A DNA stretch of 64,000 nucleotides from Malacoraja senta (taxonomy: Eukaryota): assembly GCA_038087875.1 (NCBI GenBank), contig JAXLNO010000467.1:1-64000 (forward strand), written 5' to 3'. Each line of letters opens with the position of its first letter. The stretch's first letter is position 1. This document shows, piece after piece, positions 1 to 13,800 of this stretch. The position numbers were made by a program, and so were the translations under genes. Below the pieces are notes generated by a model. The model was not told where the DNA came from. It saw only the letters and a program-made list of their open reading frames with translations, and searched no databases.

Positions 1-3000
1 CGGCAAGGTCGCCACATCCCCGGCAAGGTCGCCATAAACCCGGCAAGGTCGGCACAAATCCGTCTTGGTCGCCACATTTCAGGCAAGGTCGCCGCATTTC
101 CGGCAACGTCGCCATAAATCCGGCAAGGTGGTCACAAATCCGACAAGGTCGCCATAATTCCGGCAAGGGCGCCACATTTCCGGCAAGGACGCCATAGATC
201 CGGCAAGGTCGCCACAAATCCGGCAAGGTCGCCACGAATCCGGCAAGGTGGCGTCAAAGCCGGCAAGGTCGCCACATTCAATCAAGGTAGCCATAAATTA
301 GGCAAGGTCGCGTCAAATCCGGCAAGGTCGCGATATTTCCGGCAAGATCGCCATAAATCCGGCAAGGTCGCCACAAATCCGGCAAGGTCGCCCCATTTGC
401 GGCAACGTTGGCGTAAATCCGGCAAGGTCGCCACAAATACGGCAAGGTCGCCACATCCCCGGCAAGGTCGCCATAAACCCGGCAAGGTCGGCACAAATCA
501 GTCTTGGTCGCCACATTTCAGGCAAGGGCGCCACATTTCCGGCAAGGACGCCATAAATCCGGCAAGGTGGGCACAAATCCGGCAAGGTCGCCATATTTCC
601 GGCAAGGTCGCCACAAATCCGGCAAGGTCGCCATATTTCCGGCAACGTCACCATAAATCCGGCAAGGTCGCCACGAATCCGGCAAGGTGGCGTCAAAGCC
701 GGCAAGGTCGCCACATTCAATCAAGGTAGCCATAAATTAGGCAAGGTCGCGTCAAATCCGGCAAGGTCGCCACATTTCCGGGAAGGGCGCCATAGATCCG
801 GCAAGGTCGCCACAGATCCGGCAAGGTCGCAACATTCCGGCAAGGTCGCCACAGATCCGGCAAGGTCGCAACATTCCGGCAAGGTCGCCATAAATCCGGC
901 ATCGTCGCCACAAATCCGGCAAGGTCACCATATTTCCGGCAAGGTCGCCATGAATCCGGCAAGGTCGCCATATTTCCGGCAAGGTCACCATAAATCCGGC
1001 AAGGTCGCCACGAATCCGGCAAGGTGGCGTCAAAGCCGGCAAGGTCGCCACATTCAGTCAAGGTAGCCATAAATTAGGCAAGGTCGCGTCAAACCCGGCA
1101 AGGTCGCCACATTTCCGGGAAGGGCGCAATAAATCCGGCAAGGTCGCCACAAATCCGGCAAGGTCGCCACATTTGCGGCAACGTCGCCATAAATCCGGCA
1201 AAGTCGCCACAAATACGGCATGGTCGCCACATCCCCGGCAAGGTCGCCATAAATCCGGCAAGGTCGCCACAAATCCGGCAAGGTCGCCACATTTGCGGCA
1301 ACGTCGCCATAAATCCGGCAAGGTCGCCACATTTCAGGCAAGGTCGCCGCATTTCCGGCAACGTCGCCATAAATCCGGCAAGGTGGACACAAATCCGACA
1401 AGGTCGCCATAAATCCGGCAAGGTCGCCACATTTCCGGCAAGGACGCCATAAATCCGGCAAGGTCGCCACAAATCCGGCAAGGTCGCCACAAATCCGGCA
1501 AGGTGGCCACATTTCCGGCAAGGACGCCACAAATCCGGCAAGGTCGCCATAAATCCGGCAAGGTCGCCATAAATCCGGCAAAGTCGCCACAAATCCGGCA
1601 GAGTCTCCGATTTCCGGCAAGGTCGCCATAAATCCGGCACGGCCGCCACAAATCCGGCAAGGTCGCCACATTTCCGGCAAGGTCGCAACAAATCTGGCAA
1701 AGTCGCCACAAATCCGACAAGGTCGCCATTTTTCCGGCAAGGTCGCCATAAATTCGGCAAGGTCGCGTCAAATCCGGCAAGGTTGCCACATTTCCGGAAA
1801 GGTCGGCATATTTTCGGGACGGTCGCCATAAATGCGGCAAGGTCGCCACGATTCCGGCAAGGTCGCCATATTTCCGGCACGATCGCCATAAATCCGGCAA
1901 GGTCGCCACATATCCGGCAAGGTCGCCATAATTTCCGGCACGGTCGCCATAAATCCGGCAAGGTCGCCACAAATCCGGCAGGGTCGCCTATTTCCGGCAC
2001 GGCCGCCACAAATCCGGCAAGGTCCCCACATTTCCGGCAAGGTCGCAACAAATCTGGCAAAGTCGCCACAAATCCGACAAGGTCGCCATATTTCCGGCAA
2101 GGTCGCCATATTTCCGGCAAGGTCGCCACAAATCCGGCAATGTCGCCATATTTCCGGCAAGGTCGCCATAAATCCGGCAAGGTCGCCACAAACCCGGCAA
2201 GGTCGCCATATTTCCGGCACGGTCGCCACAAATCCGGCAAGGTCGCCATATTTCCGGCAAGATCACCATAAATACGGCAAGGTCGCCACAAATCCGGCAA
2301 GGTGGCGTCAAAGCCGGCAAGGTCGCCACATTTCAATCAAGGTAGCCATAAATTCGGCAAGGTCGCGTCAAATCCGGCAAGGTCGCCACATTTCCGGGAA
2401 GGTCGCCATAGATCCGGCAAGGTCGCCACAAATCCGGCAAGCTCGCAACATTCCGGCAAGGTCGCCATAAATCCGGCATCGTCGCCACAAATCCGGCAAG
2501 GTCACCACATTTCCGGCAAGGTCGCCATTAATCCGCCAAGGTCGCCACAAATCCGGCAAGGTCGCCATATTTCCGGCAAGGTCGCCACAAATCCGGCAAG
2601 GTCGCCACATTTCCGGCAAGGTCGCAACAAATCTGGCAAAGTCGCCACAAATCCGACAAGGTCGCCATATTTCCGGCAAGGTCGCCATAAATCCGGCAAG
2701 GTCGCCATATTTCCGGCAAGGTCACCATAAATCCGGCAAGGTCGCCACAAATCCGGCAAGGTGGCGTCAAAGCCGGCAAGGTCGCCACATTTCAATCAAG
2801 GTAGCCATAAATTCGGCAAGGTCGCGTCAAATCCGGCAAGGTTGCCACATTTCCGGGAAGGTCACCATAGATCCGGCAAGGTCGCCACAAATCCGGAAAG
2901 GTCGGCATATTTTCGGGACGGTCGCCATAAATGCGGCAAGGTCGCCACAAATCCGGCAAGGTCGCCATATTTCCGGCACGGTCGCCACAAATCCGGCAAG

Positions 3001-6000
3001 GTCGCCATTTTTCCGGCAAGGTCGCCATAAATCCCGCAAGGTCGCAACAAACCCGGCAAGGTCGCCATATTTCCGGCAAGGTCGCCATAAATCCGGCAAG
3101 CTCGCCATAAATCCGGTAAGATCGCCACAAATCCGGCAGTCGCCTATTTCCACCAAGGTCGCCATAATTCCGGCAAGGCCGCCACAAATCCGGCAAGGTC
3201 GCCACATTTCCGGCAAGGTCGCAACAAATCTGGCAAGGTCGCCGCAAATCCGACAATGTCTCCATATTTCCGGCAAGGTCGCATGAATCCGGCAAGGTCG
3301 CCACAAATCCGGCAAGGTAGCCATATTTCCGGCAAGGTCGCCACAAGTCCGGCAAGGTCGCCATATTTCCGGCAAGGTCGCCATAAATCAGGCATGGTGG
3401 CCACAAATCTGGGAAGGTCGCCATATTTCCGGCAAGGTCGCATAAATCCGGCAAGTTCGCCATATTTCCGGCACGATCGCCATAAATCCGGCAAGGTCGC
3501 CATTTTTCCGGCAAGGTCGCCATAAATCCGGAAAGGTCGCCACAAATCCGGCAATGTCGCCATGTTTCCGGCAAGGTCGCCATAATCCGGCAAGGTCGCC
3601 ATAACTCCGGCACGGCCGCCACAAATCCGGCAAGGTCGCCACATTTCCGGCAAGGTCGCAACAAATCTGGCAAGGTCGCCGCAAATCCGACATGGTCGCC
3701 ATATTTCCGGCAAGGTCGCCACAAATCCGGCAAGGTAGACATATTTCCGGCAAGGTCGCCATAAATCCGGCAATGTCGCCACAAATCCGGCAAGGTCGCC
3801 ATATTTCCGTCAAGGTCGCCACAAACCCGGCGTGATCGCCATATTTCCGGCAAGGTCGCCATAAATCCGGCATGGTGGCCACAAATCAGGGAAGGACGCC
3901 ATATTTCCGGCAAGGTCGCATAAATCCGGCAAGTTCGCCATATTTCCGGCACGATCGCCATAAACCCCGCAAAGTCGCCACAAATCCGGCAAGGTCGCCA
4001 TATTTCCGGCAAGGTCGCCATAAATCCGGCAAGCTCGCCACAAATCCGGCAGAGTCGCCTATTTCCGGCAAGGTCGCCATAAATCCGGCACGGCCGCCAC
4101 AAATCCGGCAAGGTCGCCACATTTCCGGCAAGGTCGCAACAAATCTGGCAAGGTCGCCGCAAATCCGACAAGGTCGCCATATTTCCGGCAAGGTCGCCAT
4201 AAATCCCGCAAGGTCGCCACAAATCTGGCAAGGTCGCCATATTTACGGTAATGTCGCATGAATCCGGCAAGGTCGCCACAAATCCGGCAAGGTCGCATAA
4301 ATCCGGCAAGGTCGCGATAAATCCGGCAAGGTCGCCACAAATCCGTCAGAGTCGCCATATTCCGGCAAGGTCGCCATAAATCCTGCACGGCCGCCACAAA
4401 TCCGGCAAGCTCGCCACATTTCCGGCAAGGTCGCAACAAATCTGTCAAAGTCGCCACAAATCCGACAAGGTCGCCATATTTCCGGCAAGGTCGCCATAAA
4501 TCCCGCTAGGTCGCCACAAATCGGGCAATGTCGCCATATTTCCGGCAAGGTCGCCATGAATCCGACAAGGTCGCCATATTTCCGGCAAGGTCGTCATAAA
4601 TCCCGCAAGGTCGCCACAAATCCGGCAATCTCGCCATATTTCCGGCAAGGTCGCCATGAATCCGGCAAGGTCGCCACAAATCCGGCAAGGTAGCCATATT
4701 TCCGGCAAGGTCGCCATAAATCCGGCAAGGTCGCCACAAATCCGGCAAGGTCGCCATATTTCCGGCAAGGTCGCCACAAATCCGGCAAGGTCGCCATATT
4801 TCCCGCAAGGTCACCATAAATCCGGTAAGGTCGCCACGAATCCGGCAAGGTGGCGTCAAAGCCGGCAAGGTCGCCACATTCAATCAAGATAGTCATAAAT
4901 TAGGCAAGGTCGCGTCAAATCCGGCAAGGTCGCCACATTTCCGGGAAGGGCGTCATAGATCCGGCAAGGTCGCCACAGATCCGGCAAGGTCGCAACATTC
5001 CGGCAAGGTCGCCATAAATCCGGCATCGTCGCCACAAATCCGGCAAGGTCACCATATTTCCGGCAAGGTCGCCATGAATCCGGCAAGGTCGCCACAAATC
5101 CGGCAATGTAGCCTTATTTCCGGCAAGATCGCCATAAATCCGGCAAGGTCGCCACAAATCCGGCAGGGTCGCCACATTTGCGGCAACGTCGCCATAAATC
5201 CGACTAGGTCGCCACAAATACGGCAAGGTCGCTACATCCCCGGCAAGGTCGCCACAAATCCGGCTAGGTAGCCATATTTCCGGCAAGATCGCCATAAATC
5301 CGGCAAGGTCGCCACAAATCCGGCAAGGTCGCCCCATTTGCGGCAACGTTGGCGTAAATCCGGCAAGGTCGCCACAAATACGGCAAGGTCGCCACATCCC
5401 CGGCAAGGTCGCCATAAACCCGGCAAGGTCGGCACAAATCCGTCTTGGTCGCCACATTTCAGGCAAGGTCGCCGCATTTCCGGCAACGTCGCCATAAATC
5501 CGGCAAGGTGGTCACAAATCCGACAAGGTCGCCATAATTCCGGCAAGGGCGCCACATTTCCGGCAAGGACGCCATAGATCCGGCAAGGTCGCCACAAATC
5601 CGGCAAGGTCGCCACGAATCCGGCAAGGTGGCGTCAAAGCCGGCAAGGTCGCCACATTCAATCAAGGTAGCCATAAATTAGGCAAGGTCGCGTCAAATCC
5701 GGCAAGGTCGCGATATTTCCGGCAAGATCGCCATAAATCCGGCAAGGTCGCCACAAATCCGGCAAGGTCGCCCCATTTGCGGCAACGTTGGCGTAAATCC
5801 GGCAAGGTCGCCACAAATACGGCAAGGTCGCCACATCCCCGGCAAGGTCGCCATAAACCCGGCAAGGTCGGCACAAATCAGTCTTGGTCGCCACATTTCA
5901 GGCAAGGGCGCCACATTTCCGGCAAGGACGCCATAAATCCGGCAAGGTGGGCACAAATCCGGCAAGGTCGCCATATTTCCGGCAAGGTCGCCACAAATCC

Positions 6001-7133
6001 GGCAAGGTCGCCATATTTCCGGCAACGTCACCATAAATCCGGCAAGGTCGCCACGAATCCGGCAAGGTGGCGTCAAAGCCGGCAAGGTCGCCACATTCAA
6101 TCAAGGTAGCCATAAATTAGGCAAGGTCGCGTCAAATCCGGCAAGGTCGCCACATTTCCGGGAAGGGCGCCATAGATCCGGCAAGGTCGCCACAGATCCG
6201 GCAAGGTCGCAACATTCCGGCAAGGTCGCCACAGATCCGGCAAGGTCGCAACATTCCGGCAAGGTCGCCATAAATCCGGCATCGTCGCCACAAATCCGGC
6301 AAGGTCACCATATTTCCGGCAAGGTCGCCATGAATCCGGCAAGGTCGCCATATTTCCGGCAAGGTCACCATAAATCCGGCAAGGTCGCCACGAATCCGGC
6401 AAGGTGGCGTCAAAGCCGGCAAGGTCGCCACATTCAGTCAAGGTAGCCATAAATTAGGCAAGGTCGCGTCAAACCCGGCAAGGTCGCCACATTTCCGGGA
6501 AGGGCGCAATAAATCCGGCAAGGTCGCCACAAATCCGGCAAGGTCGCCACATTTGCGGCAACGTCGCCATAAATCCGGCAAAGTCGCCACAAATACGGCA
6601 TGGTCGCCACATCCCCGGCAAGGTCGCCATAAATCCGGCAAGGTCGCCACAAATCCGGCAAGGTCGCCACATTTGCGGCAACGTCGCCATAAATCCGGCA
6701 AGGTCGCCACATTTCAGGCAAGGTCGCCGCATTTCCGGCAACGTCGCCATAAATCCGGCAAGGTGGACACAAATCCGACAAGGTCGCCATAAATCCGGCA
6801 AGGTCGCCACATTTCCGGCAAGGACGCCATAAATCCGGCAAGGTCGCCACAAATCCGGCAAGGTCGCCACAAATCCGGCAAGGTGGCCACATTTCCGGCA
6901 AGGACGCCACAAATCCGGCAAGGTCGCCATAAATCCGGCAAGGTCGCCATAAATCCGGCAAAGTCGCCACAAATCCGGCAGAGTCTCCGATTTCCGGCAA
7001 GGTCGCCATAAATCCGGCACGGCCGCCACAAATCCGGCAAGGTCGCCACATTTCCGGCAAGGTCGCAACAAATCTGGCAAAGTCGCCACAAATCCGACAA
7101 GGTCGCCATTTTTCCGGCAAGGTCGCCATAAAT
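1..7133 (+). repeat. Near-identical duplicated block: 1-1753 repeated at 5381-7133 (offset 5380)
   Basis: Rare variants recur at +5380 (cgtcttggtc at 61 and 5441). Identical ORFs at 79/5459, 278/5658, 717/6097 and 1058/6438. Confidence 0.92.
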
Positions 7134-7489
7134 CCCGCAAGGTCGCCACAAATCCGGCAAGCTCGCCATAGATCCGGCAAGGTTGCAACATTCCGGCAAG
7201 GTCGCCATAAATCCGGCATCCTCGCCACAAATCCGGCAAGGTCACCATATTTCCGGCAAGGTCGCCATGAATCCTGCAAGGTCGCCACAAATCCGGCAAT
7301 GTAGCCTTATTTCCGGCAAGATCGCCATAAATCCGGCAAGGTCGCCACAAATCCGGCAGGGTCGCCACATTTGCGGCAACGTCGCCATAAATCCGACAAG
7401 GTCGCCACAAATACGGCAAGGTCGCTACATACCCGGCAAGGTCGCCACAAATCCGGCTAGGTAGCCATATTTCCGGCAAGATCGCCATA

Positions 7490-10400
7490 AATCCGGCAAG
7501 GTCGCCACAAATCCGGCAAGGTCGCCCCATTTGCGGCAACGTTGGCGTAAATCCGGCAAGGTCGCCACAAATACGGCAAGGTCGCCACATCCCCGGCAAG
7601 GTCGCCATAAACCCGGCAAGGTCGGCACAAATCCGTCTTGGTCGCCACGTTTCAGGCAAGGTCGCCGCATTTCCGGCAACGTCGCCATAAATCCGGCAAG
7701 GTGGTCACAAATCCGACAAGGTCGCCATAATTCCGGCAAGTACGCCACATTTCCGGCAAGGACGCCATAGATCCGGCAAGGTCGCCACAAATCCGGCAAG
7801 GTCGCCACATTTCCGGCAAGGACGCCATAAATCCGGCAAGGTGGGCACAAATCCGGCAAGGTCGCCATATTTCCGGCAAGGTCGCCACAAATCCGGCAAG
7901 GTCGCCATATTTCCGGCAACGTCACCATAAATCCGGCAAGGTCGCCACGAATCCGGCAAGGTGGCGTCAAAGCCGGCAAGGTCGCCACATTCAATCAAGG
8001 TAGCCATAAATTAGGCAAGGTCGCGTCAAATCCGGCAAGGTCGCCACATTTCCGGGAAGGGCGCCATAGATCCGGCAAGGTCGCCACAGATCCGGCAAGG
8101 TCGCAACATTCCGGCAAGGTCGCCACAGATCCGGCAAGGTCGCAACATTCCGGCAAGGTCGCCATAAATCCGGCATCGTCGCCACAAATCCGGCAAGGTC
8201 ACCATATTTCCGGCAAGGTCGCCATGAATCCGGCAAGGTCGCCATATTTCCGGCAAGGTCACCATAAATCCGGCAAGGTCGCCACGAATCCGGCAAGGTG
8301 GCGTCAAAGCCGGCAAGGTCGCCACATTCAGTCAAGGTAGCCATAAATTAGGCAAGGTCGCGTCAAACCCGGCAAGGTCGCCACATTTCCGGGAAGGGCG
8401 CAATAAATCCGGCAAGGTCGCCACAAATCCGGCAAGGTCGCCACATTTGCGGCAACGTCGCCATAAATCCGGCAAAGTCGCCACAAATACGGCATGGTCG
8501 CCACATCCCCGGCAAGGTCGCCATAAATCCGGCAAGGTCGCCACAAATCCGGCAAGGTCGCCACATTTGCGGCAACGTCGCCATAAATCCGGCAAGGTCG
8601 CCACATTTCAGGCAAGGTCGCCGCATTTCCGGCAACGTCGCCATAAATCCGGCAAGGTGGACACAAATCCGACAAGGTCGCCATAAATCCGGCAAGGTCG
8701 CCACATTTCCGGCAAGGACGCCATAAATCCGGCAAGGTCGCCACAAATCCGGCAAGGTGGCCACATTTCCGGCAAGGACGCCACAAATCCGGCAAGGTCG
8801 CCATATTTCCGGCAAGGTCTCCATAAATCCGGCAAGGTCGCCATAAATCCGGCAAAGTCGCCACAAATCCGGCAGAGTCTCCGATTTCCGGCAAGGTCGC
8901 CATAAATCCGGCACGGCCGCCACAAATCCGGCAAGGTCGCCACATTTCCGGCAAGGTCGCAACAAATCTGGCAAAGTCGCCACAAATCCGACAAGGTCGC
9001 CATTTTTCCGGCAAGGTCGCCATAAATCCCGCAAGGTCGCCACAAATCCGGCAAGGTCGCCATAGATCCGGCAAGGTCGCAACATTTCGGCAAGGTCGCC
9101 ATAAATCCGGCAACGTCGCCACAAATCCGGCAAGGTCACCATATTTCCGGCAAGGTCGCCACAAATCCGGCAAGGTCGCCCCATTTGCGGCAACGTTGGC
9201 GTAAATCCGGCAAGGTCGCCACAAATACGGCAAGGTCGCCACATCCCCGGCAAGGTCGCCATAAACCCGGCAAGGTCGGCACAAATCCGTCTTGGTCGCC
9301 ACATTTCAGGCAAGGTCGCCGCATTTCCGGCAACGTCGCCATAAATCCGGCAAGGTGGTCACAAATCCGACAAGGTCGCCATAATTCCGGCAAGTACGCC
9401 ACATTTCCGGCAAGGACGCCATAGATCCGGCAAGGTCGCCACAAATCCGGCAAGGTCGCCACATTTCCGGCAAGGACGCCATAAATCCGGCAAGGTGGGC
9501 ACAAATCCGGCAAGGTCGCCATATTTCCGGCAAGGTCGCCACAAATCCGGCAAGGTCGCCATATTTCCGGCAACGTCACCATAAATCCGGCAAGGTCGCC
9601 ACGAATCCGGCAAGGTGGCGTCAAAGCCGGCAAGGTCGCCACATTCAATCAAGGTAGCCATAAATTAGGCAAGGTCGCGTCAAATCCGGCAAGGTCGCCA
9701 CATTTCCGGGAAGGGCGCCATAGATCCGGCAAGGTCGCCACAGATACGGCAAGGTCGCAACATTCCGGCAAGGTCGCCACAGATCCGGCAAGGTCGCAAC
9801 ATTCCGGCAAGGTCGCCATAAATCCGGCATCGTCGCCACAAATCCGGCAAGGTCACCATATTTCCGGCAAGGTCGCCATGAATCCGGCAAGGTCGCCATA
9901 TTTCCGGCAAGGTCACCATAAATCCGGCAAGGTCGCCACGAATCCGGCAAGGTGGCGTCAAAGCCGGCAAGGTCGCCACATTCAGTCAAGGTAGCCATAA
10001 ATTAGGCAAGGTCGCGTCAAACCCGGCAAGGTCGCCACATTTCCGGGAAGGGCGCAATAAATCCGGCAAGGTCGCCACAAATCCGGCAAGGTCGCCACAT
10101 TTGCGGCAACGTCGCCATAAATCCGGCAAAGTCGCCACAAATACGGCATGGTCGCCACATCCCCGGCAAGGTCGCCATAAATCCGGCAAGGTCGCCACAA
10201 ATCCGGCAAGGTCGCCACATTTGCGGCAACGTCGCCATAAATCCGGCAAGGTCGCCACATTTCAGGCAAGGTCGCCGCATTTCCGGCAACGTCGCCATAA
10301 ATCCGGCAAGGTGGACACAAATCCGACAAGGTCGCCATAAATCCGGCAAGGTCGCCACATTTCCGGCAAGGACGCCATAAATCCGGCAAGGTCGCCACAA

Positions 10401-10800
10401 ATCCGGCAAGGTGGCCACATTTCCGGCAAGGACGCCACAAATCCGGCAAGGTCGCCATATTTCCGGCAAGGTCTCCATAAATCCGGCAAGGTCGCCATAA
10501 ATCCGGCAAAGTCGCCACAAATCCGGCAGAGTCTCCGATTTCCGGCAAGGTCGCCATAAATCCGGCACGGCCGCCACAAATCCGGCAAGGTCGCCACATT
10601 TCCGGCAAGGTCGCAACAAATCTGGCAAAGTCGCCACAAATCCGACAAGGTCGCCATTTTTCCGGCAAGGTCGCCATAAATCCCGCAAGGTCGCCACAAA
10701 TCCGGCAAGGTCGCCATAGATCCGGCAAGGTCGCAACATTTCGGCAAAGTCGCCATAAATCCGGCATCGTCGCCACAAATCCGGCAAGGTCACCATATTT
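7490..10800 (+). repeat. Higher-order tandem duplication, unit 1654 bp (related preceding copy at offset 1894)
   Basis: Matching ORFs 7531/9185, 7705/9359, 7991/9645, 8332/9986 and 8608/10262 (all +1654); 6097/7991 is +1894. The variant caagtacgcc occurs near 7737 and 9391. Confidence 0.9.
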
Positions 10801-13800
10801 CCGGCAAGGTCGCCATGAATCCGGCAAGGTCGCCACAAATCCGGCAATGTAGCCCTATTTCCGGCAAAATCGCCATAAAACCGGCAAGGTCGCCACAAAT
10901 CCGGCAGGGTCGCCACATTTGCGGCAACGTCGCCATAAATCCGACAAGGTCGCCACAAATACGGCAAGGTCGCCACCTCCCCGGCAAGGTCGCCACAAAT
11001 CCGGCAAGGTAGCCATATTTCCGGCAAGATCGCCATAAATCCGGCAAGGTCGCCACAAATCCGGCAAGGTCGCCCCATTTGCGGCAACGTTGCCATAAAT
11101 CCGGCAAGGTCGCCACAAGTACGGCAAGGTCGCCACATTCCCGGCAAGGTCGCCATAAATCCGGCAAGGTCGCCACAAATCCGTCATGGTCGCCACATTT
11201 CAGGCAAGGTCGCCGCATTTCCGGCAACGTCGCCATAAATCCGGCAAGGTGGTCACAAATCCGACAAGGTCGCCATAATTCCGGCAAGGTCGCCACATTT
11301 CCGGCAAGGACGCCATAAATCCGGCAAGGTCGCCACAAATCCGGCAAGGTCGCCACATTTCCGGCAACGACGCCATAAATCCGGCAAGGTCGGCACATAT
11401 CCGGCAAGGTCGCCACATTCCCGGTAAGGTCGCCATATTTCCTGCAAGGTCGCCATAAATCCGGCAAGGTCGCCACAAATGCGACAAGGTCGACATATTT
11501 CCGGCAAGGTCGCCATAAATCCGGCAAGGTCGCCACAAATGCGTCAAGGTCGACATATTTTCGGCACGGTCGCCATAAATCCGGCAAGGTCGCCATAAAT
11601 CCGGCAAGATCGCCACAAATCCGGCAAGGTCGCCATAAATCCGGCAAGGTCGCCACAAATCCGACAAGGTCGCCATATTTTCGTCACGGTCGCCATATTT
11701 CCGGCAAGGTCGCCATAAATCCGGCAATACCGCCCTATTTCCGGCACGATCGCCATAAATATGGCAAGGTCGCCACATATCCGGCAAGGTCGCCATATTT
11801 CCGGCATGGTCGCAATAAATCCGGCAAGGTCGCCACAAATCCGGCAAGGTCCCCATATTTCCGGAAAGGTCGCCATAAATCCCGCAAGGTCGCCACAAAC
11901 CCAGCAAGGTCGCTATATTTCCGGCAAGGTCGCAATAAATCCGGCAAGGTCGCCACAAATCCGGCAAGGTCGCCACATTTGCGGCAACGTCGCCATAAAT
12001 CCGGCAAGGTCACCACAAATCCGGCAAGGTAGCCATATTTCCCGTAAGGTCGCCATAAATCCGGCAAGGTCGCCACAAATGCGGCAATGTCGCCATATTT
12101 ACGGCAAGGTCGCCACAAATCCGGCAAGATCGCCATATTTCCGGCAAGGTCGCCATAAATCCGGCATGGTGGCCACAAATCAGGGAAGATCGCCATATTT
12201 CCGGCAAGGTCGCCATAAACCCTGCAAGGTGGCCACAAATCAAGCAAGGACGCCATATTTCCGGCAAGGTCGCCATAAATCCCGCAAGGTCGCCACAAAT
12301 CCGGCAAGGTCGCCATATTTCCGGCAAGGTCGCCATAAATCTGGCAAAGACGCCACAAATCCGGCAGAGTCTCCTATTTCCGGCAAGGTCGCCATAAATC
12401 CGGCACGGCCGCCACAAATCCGGCAAGGTCGCCACATTTCCGGTAAGGTCGCAACAAATCTGGCAAAGTCGCCACAAATCCGACGAGGTCGCCATTTTTC
12501 CGGCAAGGTCGCCATAAATCCCGCAAGGTCGCCACAAATCCGGCAAGGTCGCCATATTTCCGGCAAGGTCGCAATGAATCCGGCAAGGTCGCCACAAATC
12601 CGGCAAGGTAGCCATATTTCCAGCAAGGTCGCCATAAATCCGGCAAGGTCTCCACAAATCCGGCAAGGTCGCCATATTTCCGGCAAGGTCGCCACAAATC
12701 CGGCAAGGTCGCCATATTTCCGGCAAGGTCACCATAAATCCGGCAAGGTCGCCACAAATCCGGTAAGGTGGCGTCAAAGCCGGCAAGGTCGCCACATTTC
12801 AATCAAGGTAGCCATAAATTTAGCAAGGTCGCGTCAAATCCGGCAAGGTCGCCACATTACCGGGAAGGTCGCCATAGATCCGGCAAGGTCGCTACAAATC
12901 CGGCAAGGTCGCAACATTCCGGCAAGGTCGCCATAAATCCGGCATCGTCGACATAAATCCGGCAAGGTCGCCACAAATCCGGCAAGGTCGCCATATTTCC
13001 GGCACGGTCGCCACAAATCCGGCAAGGTCGCCATTTTTCCGGCAAGGTCGCCATAAATCCCGCAAGGTCGCCACAAATCCGGCAAATTCGCCATATTTCC
13101 GGGAAGGTCGCCATAAATCCGGCAAGCTCGCCACAAATCCGGCAGAGTCGCCTATTTCCGGCAAGGTCGCCATAAATCCGGCACGGCCGCCACAAATCCG
13201 GCAAGGTCGCCACATTTCCGGCAAGGTCGCAACAAATCTGGCAAGGTCGCCGTAAATCCGACAAGGTCGCCATATTTCCGGCAAGGTCGCCATAAATCCC
13301 GCAAGGTCGCCACAAATCTGGCAAGGTCGCCATATTTCCGGTAATGTCGCATGAATCCGGCAAGGTCGCCACAAATCCGGCAAGGTAGCCATATTTCCGG
13401 CAAGGTCGCCATAAATCCGGCAAGGTCGCCACAAATCCGGCAAGATTGCCATATTTCCGGCAATGTCGCAACAAGTCCGGCAAGGTCGCCATATTTCCGG
13501 CAAGGTCGCCATAAATCCCGCAAGGTCGCCACAAATCCGGCAATGTCGCCATATTTCCGGCAAGGTCGCCATGAACCCGGCAAGGTCGCCACAAATCCGG
13601 CAAGGTAGCCATATTAACGGCAAGGTCGCCATAAATCCGGCAAGGTCGCCACAAATCCGGCAAGGTCGCCATATTTCCGGCAAGGTCGCCACAGATCCGG
13701 CAAGGTCGCCATATTTCCGGCAAGGTCACCATAAATCCGGCAACGTCGCCACGAATCCGGCAAGGTGGCGCCAAAGCCGGCAAAGTCGCCACATTCAATC

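Noticed and set aside
2792..4309. CxxC (CRIC/CRKC) motifs suggesting a zinc-finger or metallothionein-like protein
   Set aside because: They arise automatically from TGC CGG ATT TGT in the monomer and have no independent support.
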